Shown here: piece after piece, positions 56,989-64,000 of the stretch
How positions within the stretch are numbered: position 1 is the first letter of the stretch
Layout: each line of letters starts with the position of its first letter
Assembly (NCBI RefSeq): GCF_009914755.1
Contig: NC_060935.1
DNA: 64,000 nt
Reading direction: 5' to 3' (one strand)
Source of the DNA: the human T2T-CHM13v2.0 reference genome, Homo sapiens
Position numbers and translations under genes: made by a program
Notes under the pieces: model-generated
The model's database searches: none
The model's input: only the letters and a program-made list of their open reading frames with translations
Told to the model about the DNA's origin: nothing

Positions 56989-57171
56989 GGTTCTCTTTAT
57001 TTGTAGACAGAAAGTAGGAAGTTTTGCCTAAGGAGTTGGACATTTTCCTAATAACCAATTCAAAAAGGAAATTTAAATGTAGATACTTATTTTAAAGTAT
57101 ATGATGACTCAGGTCTTAGTGGTTAGTGCCTGTCAAGGTATAAAAATTAGCCAGTCAGAATCTGCCAAATC

Positions 57172-57475
57172 TGGAGCAATACGGTGCCTCACACCCGTAA
57201 TCTCAGCACTTAGAGTGGCTGAGGTGGGCAGATAACTTGAGGCCAGGAGTTTGAGACCAGCCTGGGTACCAAGGCAAAACCCTGTTACTACTAGAAATAC
57301 AGAAATTAGTTGGGCGTGGTGGCACATGCCTGTAATCTCAGCTACTCAGGAGGCTGAGGCGGGAGAATCCACTGAACCTGGGAGGTGGAGGTTGCAGTGA
57401 GCCTCGCACCAGTGATTCCAGCCTAGACGACAGGGCCAGACCCTGTCTCAAAAAAAAAAAAAAAAAAAAAAAAAA
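57172..57475 (+). mobile_element. Alu (S/J)
   Basis: Diverged dimer with long A-tail. Confidence 0.9.
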
Positions 57476-57489
57476 GTGCCAAACCTCAC

Positions 57490-58100
57490 AAAATATAAAA
57501 TCTCATTTGAGTGTCAGATCCACGTACCTCTGCTTCAACAACCACCACGGCAGTCCACATTTATCATCTCTCGCTTGGACTGCTATAATGGCCTCCTAGT
57601 ATATATATATATACATACTTTCTGCTCTCTTCCGGAGTCTTCTCCGAGCCATGGTCAGAGGTGCCTTTTGGAAGGCAGAGCTGGTTGTGCCCTGTCACTG
57701 TTCCAGGCCTGTCTGCTCACTGTGTCCTTTGGTCTCAGGATATTTCACCTCTCCAGCTCTCCTGCCATCCTCTCTCTCTTGCTTTCTCTTTAGCGCTTCT
57801 TTCTGGCTCTGTGCCCTCTTCTCTCTTATGGAATGCTTCTCTTGCCTAAGCCTCGTCTTCTTTCTTGGGATCTGAGTTGCATCATCATTAGAAGTGTCCC
57901 TGACCCTGGGGGCCCACTCCTCACCGTTTGTGCTCGTGTCCCCCCGTACCTCTCTCCCTGGTGCTTAGTTCCGTGTGGTATGTTCCTCACTTAATTGTAA
58001 GCCTCACGAGAGCAGGCCCTGGCTCAGCTTTTGCTTTTTTTATCCGCAGCTCTGAGCATTGTGCCGGATGCGGAGCAGGGGGTTGGTAGATATTTGAGGG
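57490..58100. mobile_element. L2 fragments
   Basis: catctctcgcttggactgctataatggcctccta; tgtaagcctcacgagagcagg. Confidence 0.55.
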
Positions 58101-58122
58101 AAGGCAGCTATTACTCTGTGGC

Positions 58123-58439
58123 TGTCTTTGGTCTGTTTTGTGCTGCTACAACAGAATGCCACAGCCTGGGTAATTTATAAAGAACAAAAATTCATATCTC
58201 ACATTTCTAGAGGCTGGGATGTCCAAGATCGAATCTGTAGCATCTGGTGGAAGGCACATGAAGGGCCAGAGAGAGCCAGCTTACTCCTGAAAGCCCTACT
58301 TATAGCAGCGTTAACCCATATGCAAGGGCAGAGGCTCAACACCTAAACCCATCCCAAAAGGCCTCACCTCCAACACTGTTGCACTGGGGTTTAAGCTTCC
58401 AATGCATGAATTTGGTGGGGGCACATTCAGACCACTGCA
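58123..58439 (-). mobile_element. MST/MLT1A-family MaLR solo LTR
   Basis: tgtctttggtctgttttgtgctgct...gaatttggtgggggcacattcagaccactgca. Confidence 0.8.
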
Positions 58440-59437
58440 ATGATCAAACGCTGCAGCAGCCAGTTTCCCCAGTGGACATTGCATCCTGCTGAAGACATTT
58501 CTCTCTGAAGCACAGTGCTAATCATACCACTTCCTTGGCACGCAGGCTTTCAAGGGAGTATCCATTTCCTACAAAATACAATCTAAACTGTCTTCTTCGC
58601 CCCCATAACCTGTGCCCAAGTTGCATTTCCAAACTCCCAGTCTGAGGTCCTTAATCCATGCCCAGAAGCTAGAATGCAGCACTCCAGGCCTTGGCCTGCA
58701 CTGTACCCCCAGCCTTCCCTGCATGTGCCAGTCTAAATCATTCCTCAACTGAGACCACCTGTGGAAAGTCATACCTTCCATTGCTGCAACTCTAAGTATC
58801 TCTGACATGGTACTTATTTTCTATCTGAATGATAGTTATTTTATGTATCTTCCATATCAGTTGTAGGCAAAACCCGTACATTGTCTAGCATGAACCTTTC
58901 ATAGTAGGTGCTTAATAAAAATGTGTTAAATGAATGGCAACTTAAGTCATTATTTAACATCTTTGTAAGCCAGTCTTTAATAGGAACCATTTCCCCTCCA
59001 GATATTCTAATTTTTAAGAAAGTTTCTGTTTGTACATATATGACAAATGGCTAGTCAGCTGCAGTCTCTTGTTTTTTTTAAAAAATATCTCTAAAGATGA
59101 GTGAACATGAATCCAATTAATATCCTGCTTTCTGTGCATATTTCAAAGACCTTGTGGATCTTTTATTGCAAGGGTATAGTAGTATTCTGATACTGAATGC
59201 AAGAAAGTAAAACAAAATTGATACTTGTAGCATGTCATTTCAAGAGAGGACTGCCCAAATTAGCAAACTCTTTAAAAAACGACAGATGGGTATTGAACTT
59301 GTTTCTAGATGAGCATCACCTTCCCAAGCCAGCCCTCTTCATTCAGCCAAGCAGAGGTCTTACCCTGAAAGTTACTGCTCGGTGCCATGACTCCTGGGAT
59401 GAGAGAATAACCCACACCTCCATTTCCTTTCCAACAG

Positions 59438-59578
59438 GCTGATTTAAACTGCAATATTCAAGATGATGCTGGGGCTTTTTATGGTGTAACCAGTCAGTAC
59501 GAGAGTTCTGAAAATATGACAGTCACCTGTTCCACCAAAGTTTGCTCCTTTGGGAAGCAAGTAGTAGAAAAAGTAGAG
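59438..59578 (+). CDS. TEAD1: TEAD1 coding exon: [47 protein letters not shown] (YAP-binding domain)
   Basis: catttcctttccaacag|GCTGAT...GTAGAG|gtaagt; 141 nt, phase 0-0; absent from the ORF track and translated by hand. Confidence 0.97.
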
Positions 59579-59689
59579 GTAAGTTGGCCTCTGTATACTG
59601 GAAACTTCATTCAAGGGCAGACTGTTGCCTTCCTTTAAACCTTCCTTGGGGCAGAGAGTTGTATTTTTGGATGTCTGCTTCTTACCTTC

Positions 59690-60049
59690 TGTATTAGTCC
59701 ATTCTCACACTGCTATGAAGAACTACCTGAAAATGGGTAGTTTATGAAGAAAAGATGTTTCATTGACTCACAGTTCCACAGGCTTAACAGGAAGCATGAT
59801 TTGGGGGGTGTCAGGAAACTTAGAATCATGGTGGCTGAAGGTGAAGGGGAAGCAAGGCACATCTTCTCATGGTGGCAGGAGAAAGGTGGGTGGGAACCAC
59901 CACACACTTTTAAACCATCAGATCTGGTGAGAACTCCCACAGTATCACAGGAACAGCCTGGGGGCCACCTGCCACCAGGCCCCTCCTCTGACATGTGGGG
60001 ATTACGATTCGAGGTGAGATTTGGGTGGGGATACAACCAAACCATATCA
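59690..60049 (-). mobile_element. MSTA-like MaLR solo LTR
   Basis: tgtattagtccattctcacactgct...gagatttgggtggggatacaaccaaaccatatca; near-TSD ccttc/ccctc. Confidence 0.88.
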
Positions 60050-61739
60050 CCCTCCTTCTTTCTCCCACTTCTTTTTCCTGTTAACTTCTAAAAAGCCAAA
60101 GTGATTTGGAAGCACCTGAAAGGAAGCAAATAGGATGTCCCGTGCCAGTCCTCTGACTGTGTCTGAAGTCAGCTGTGCCCTGCTCAGCCAGTGCTGTGCA
60201 CCTTTGCATGAGGCCTTGTGGGGTAGTGTGGTATGAAAGCTGGGTCGAGATAGGCCCTGCCACTCAGAATGATGCCCTCCCTACACCCAACCCCTAGGTC
60301 CAAGGGCACTCCCAGGCATTGTAGATAGATGTCAAGGTGGTACTCAGCTGATTGGCACCTGCCCTCTGAAACCATGATACCTTGAGTTTGATATTGTTGC
60401 TTTTGCCATTTCCACTGCCTTCGCTTTTAATTGTTTTAGATAGAGTTTATTATATATTAGGATCCAATCTCTTTTTACGGCTTTTATGTTTCATACCTTC
60501 CTCCCTTTAAAAAGATGTATATTTGTTTGATCAGGGTGAGTTGCTTTGTTGAATAATGTTTGTTGTTGGCATTCCTTAAAGGTTGTATTTTTTAGTGTCT
60601 TCTATCCATCACCCAATTAATTGATCCATGTTCAGTGAGCAGTTTTTATTTGCAGTGGCCCCAGACCTTTCAGGTTCAAGAGCCCACCTTAGCTGTACAA
60701 AGACTTTGTGCTGAGGAGGGAGAGAGGGAGAAGGATATATTTCTTAAGACCTTGGGCTAAGCAATGAGGATTTGGGATGCTGCAGGCCCTCGTAGCACAA
60801 GCCCCCTGAGCAATGGACAGGCCTTATGAGAATGTTGTTGAGGAAAGGTTATGCTGGCAGAAGAGGATCCAGGGGAGTTGACTCAGATGGACAATTTAAG
60901 CTTAGGGGTCATGAGCTTTCCCACAATGGTGGCAGTGGGAATCCTGTAAGATGTTTTGAATGGAACTTAGAAACTAACTGGATATTAATGAGGAGGAAGA
61001 GTCAAAAGTCACACTCACATTTTATGCTTGGAAGGATGGTACTGCCACTAATAGAGATAAGGAAATAAGGTGTTCAAGAGGAAATAGGCAATGATTATAG
61101 ATGCAAGACTAGAACTTGGATGACAGGTAAAGACTGGAAATATAAATTGGGAATCCTGAGCATTAAGGATTGGGAATGGAGACCTAGCTGCAGAGAGGGA
61201 ATAGAAAGGGCACAGGAATAAGGATTAAATTTGGGGAGCAGCCACTAGCCCTAGGATAAGTAGAGGGAGACATAAACAGAAGAACAGAGGACAAAAATGA
61301 GTGGGGAGGGCGGGAATTGGCTCAACATAATGTCTAGGAAGCCCAGGAGGTGAGAAGGTGGCTGTATCATGAAACATGGCTGGGACGCCTGGAACCAGAT
61401 GACCTCCTCGCCTCTAAGAAGGAGGAAGCAAAGTTACCTGTGGGTGATTGGGAGTGTGGAAGATGAGTGTTAGGCAATGTTAGTGAATAGCTAAGTTGTC
61501 AGGGATGTTCTCTGTAGTTGAAATTCCCTGCCTGGACAGGTGCATTTGAGAAAAGATGAACCAGACAGCTTACTCAATTTCCCAAATGTCAAATTACTGG
61601 TGTCCTCAGACGATACACCCAAAGCTCTATGCAAATTCAGGGAGCAGGGAAAGGTTGCTCTTGACTGATAAAATCACAGGAATTTTTATGGAGAAGGTGG
61701 TGTGCATGGTAGGTGGGGTTTTACCTTTAAGCCTTTTAT

Positions 61740-63240
61740 CTGTTTAGAATGTGTGTCTGCATTTGGTGTGAAGTAGTAGTCCACTTATATTTTCTTCCAG
61801 ATAGGCGTTTGTATCAAAACCACTTATGAAATGATTCATTCTTTCCCAGTTAAACAGATCTGTCCCCTTTAAATTACCATATATTCTGAGAGCTGTTCCT
61901 GGAGTCCCACTGTTCTATTCCACCCACTATTTGTGTCTACGTATCCCAGTACCATGTGGATTTGATTACAGTGGCTTTATAGTATATACTGATATTTGAT
62001 GAGGCGAGTCAGGCTCACTATTCTTTTTCATATATTTTCTAAGCTAGTAACCAACATTTATTCTTCCAAATAATTCAATCACTTAAACATATAAAGAAAA
62101 ACAAAAACCTTGTTTGAGCAATCTAATTGTAATTGCATCAAACTTAGATGTTCTTTTGGAAAAATTTTATATTAAATATTTCTAATCAAGAATGTATTTG
62201 CATTCTCATTTCATTTTATGTATTTCAATAAGATTTTATCATTTTCATTATACAGGTTTGTCTCTTTCTTGTTAAATATATTTCTAAATATTATATAATA
62301 TGTTGTAATTTCCTGTTTCTAGATTCGAATTAATAGAGAAAAGCTCTTGATTTTGCATATCTGTCTTCAATATGGCCATCTTAGCAAATTCTCATACTTA
62401 ACTTTAGTTTTTCCCCCAGATTCCTGGGGTACCCTTGTATAGTTAACTGATGTTAGTTGAAAAAGTTTTGGTGTTTTGCCCTTTAGGATTATATTTACTG
62501 TAGGCTTTTATTAATGGTCTTTATTACTAATTTAAGTGTTTTCTTTCTATTCCTATTTTACTTAGGATTTTTATTAGTTACAGCTGCAATACGTTATCAA
62601 ATGCTTTTCAGCAACTGTTGCTATATGATTTTTCTTCCAAGTTGTTGACGTAACAAGTTAATACATTTCCTCAATGTGTATGAAACACCATAGCATTTCT
62701 GAAACAGTCTTACTTTGGATTTATTGTTGCATTCTATTTGCTGATATTTTACACAGAATTTTCACATTACATTTCATAAGTAATATTCGTCTATACTTTT
62801 TTCTTTTCCTTTTTTTTTTTTTTTTGAGATGGGGTCTCACTCTGTCACCCACACTGGAATGCAGTGGCATGATCTTGGCTCACTGCAGCCTCAGCCTCAC
62901 TGGGCTCAAGCAATCCTCCCACCTCAGCCTCCTGAGTATCTGGGACTACAGGCCTGTGCCACCATGCCTGGCTAATTTTTTGTATTGTTTTGTAGAAATG
63001 TGGTTTCGCTGGTCTGAAACTCCTGGGCTCAAGCGATCTGCCTACCTCAGCCTACCAAAGTGCTAGGATTAAAGGTGTGAGCTGTCACACCCAACTATAT
63101 ACTTTTTTCAATAACCTGTTTGCCAAATTTCAGTCTTGAATGTACACTAGTTTCATAAAAAGAATAACACTGGAAATAACTATTCTTTAAAGATTACATA
63201 AAACTTACTCCTGTGAAACTATTTGGTCTTTATATGTTTT
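61740..63240 (-). mobile_element. Old L1M fragments (ORF2-derived)
   Basis: T-rich, with L1 antisense motifs (ttgattacagtggctttatagtat; ttatcaaatgcttttcagca). Confidence 0.6.
62797..63095 (-). mobile_element. AluJ
   Basis: Diverged antisense dimer. Confidence 0.88.
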
Positions 63241-63259
63241 TTAGCATCTACTTTTAATT

Positions 63260-63520
63260 AATTATTTTTAATTGATAGATAAAAATTTTATACATTTATG
63301 GTGTATAACATGATGTTTTGAAATATGCATACACAGTAGAATGGCTGAATCGAGCTAATTAACATGTATTACCTCACACAGCTTACCAATTTTTGTGGTG
63401 AGAACACTTAAATACTCTCTCAGCAGTTTTCGAGGATACAGCGCCTTGGTATTAACTGCAGTCACCATGTTGTACAGTAGATCTCTTGAGCTTACTTCTC
63501 CTAACTGAGATTTTATATCC
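63260..63520 (-). mobile_element. L1MA-like 3' end
   Basis: atttatggtgtataacatgatgttttgaaatatg...gtggtgagaacacttaaa...gtcaccatgttgtacagtagatctcttga. Confidence 0.8.
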
Positions 63521-63687
63521 CTGTGGCCTCCGCCTTTTTCAGTGGTAAATAGCTAAACTTGTTAGTTGTGGTCATTTCCACAATGACTGATCTATTTATT
63601 GACATTTTCCCCTTCTTTTTGACTCAGTGTTAGCAAGTTGTATTTTTCTGGGAAAGCATCTCTATCTGCTGTGTTTTCTTTGCTTCG

Positions 63688-63689
<2 letters not shown>

Positions 63690-63735
<46 letters not shown>
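63690..63735. repeat. (GT)23 microsatellite
   Basis: Uninterrupted GT run. Confidence 0.95.
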
Positions 63736-63737
<2 letters not shown>

Positions 63738-64000
63738 AGGGTTATGTGAAATAATCTCTTATGTATCTTCTAATTTGTACTGTAATTGTGGTCTTGCCAC
63801 TTTTCCTTTTTCTCCTTTTTAATTGTGTGAAGAGTTTATTTTGTCTGTCTAAAGGACCAGTTTTTAATTCTGTCTGCATTTTAAATTTCTATTTCATTGA
63901 TTTGAGCTTTTATCTTTATTAATTCCCTTTTCCTGGCTTCCTTTGATTTCTTTGTGGTTTGGGTTTTTTTTTTAAGGATGTGTGTTTTATTCTGTAAATT

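Overview
Human (primate) genomic DNA from inside the TEAD1 gene (TEF-1, Hippo pathway transcription factor), transcribed on the + strand. The window starts in the intron after the last TEA-domain exon. It holds a 12-nt alternative microexon (VTSM, 13414-13425) and six constitutive coding exons with canonical AG/GT boundaries, encoding about D111-E338 (proline-rich linker and first part of the YAP/TAZ-binding domain). The rest is intron, with about 25 Alu/FLAM elements, L1, L2 and MIR fragments, MaLR LTRs, hAT/TcMar DNA-transposon relics and simple repeats. No prokaryotic-type system is present, and the long ORFs in the track are Alu or chance artefacts. The best hidden features are: (1) a tailless, TSD-flanked, antisense retrocopy of the U1-guiding scaRNA SCARNA16/ACA47 (miR-6516 hairpin) inside a Charlie1 transposon; (2) a microexon that begins with a donor-like GTAACA (possible recursive splicing) and is followed by RBFOX motifs; (3) a stop-free, phase-0 block of exons 6-9 flanked by inverted Alus (possible infinite-ORF circRNA); (4) a candidate poison exon; (5) a very young AluYa5; (6) a twin-primed 5'-inverted L1; (7) a perfect 57-bp tandem duplication. 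Repeat subfamily calls, exon numbering and small-RNA identities come from recalled consensus sequences, not database searches.
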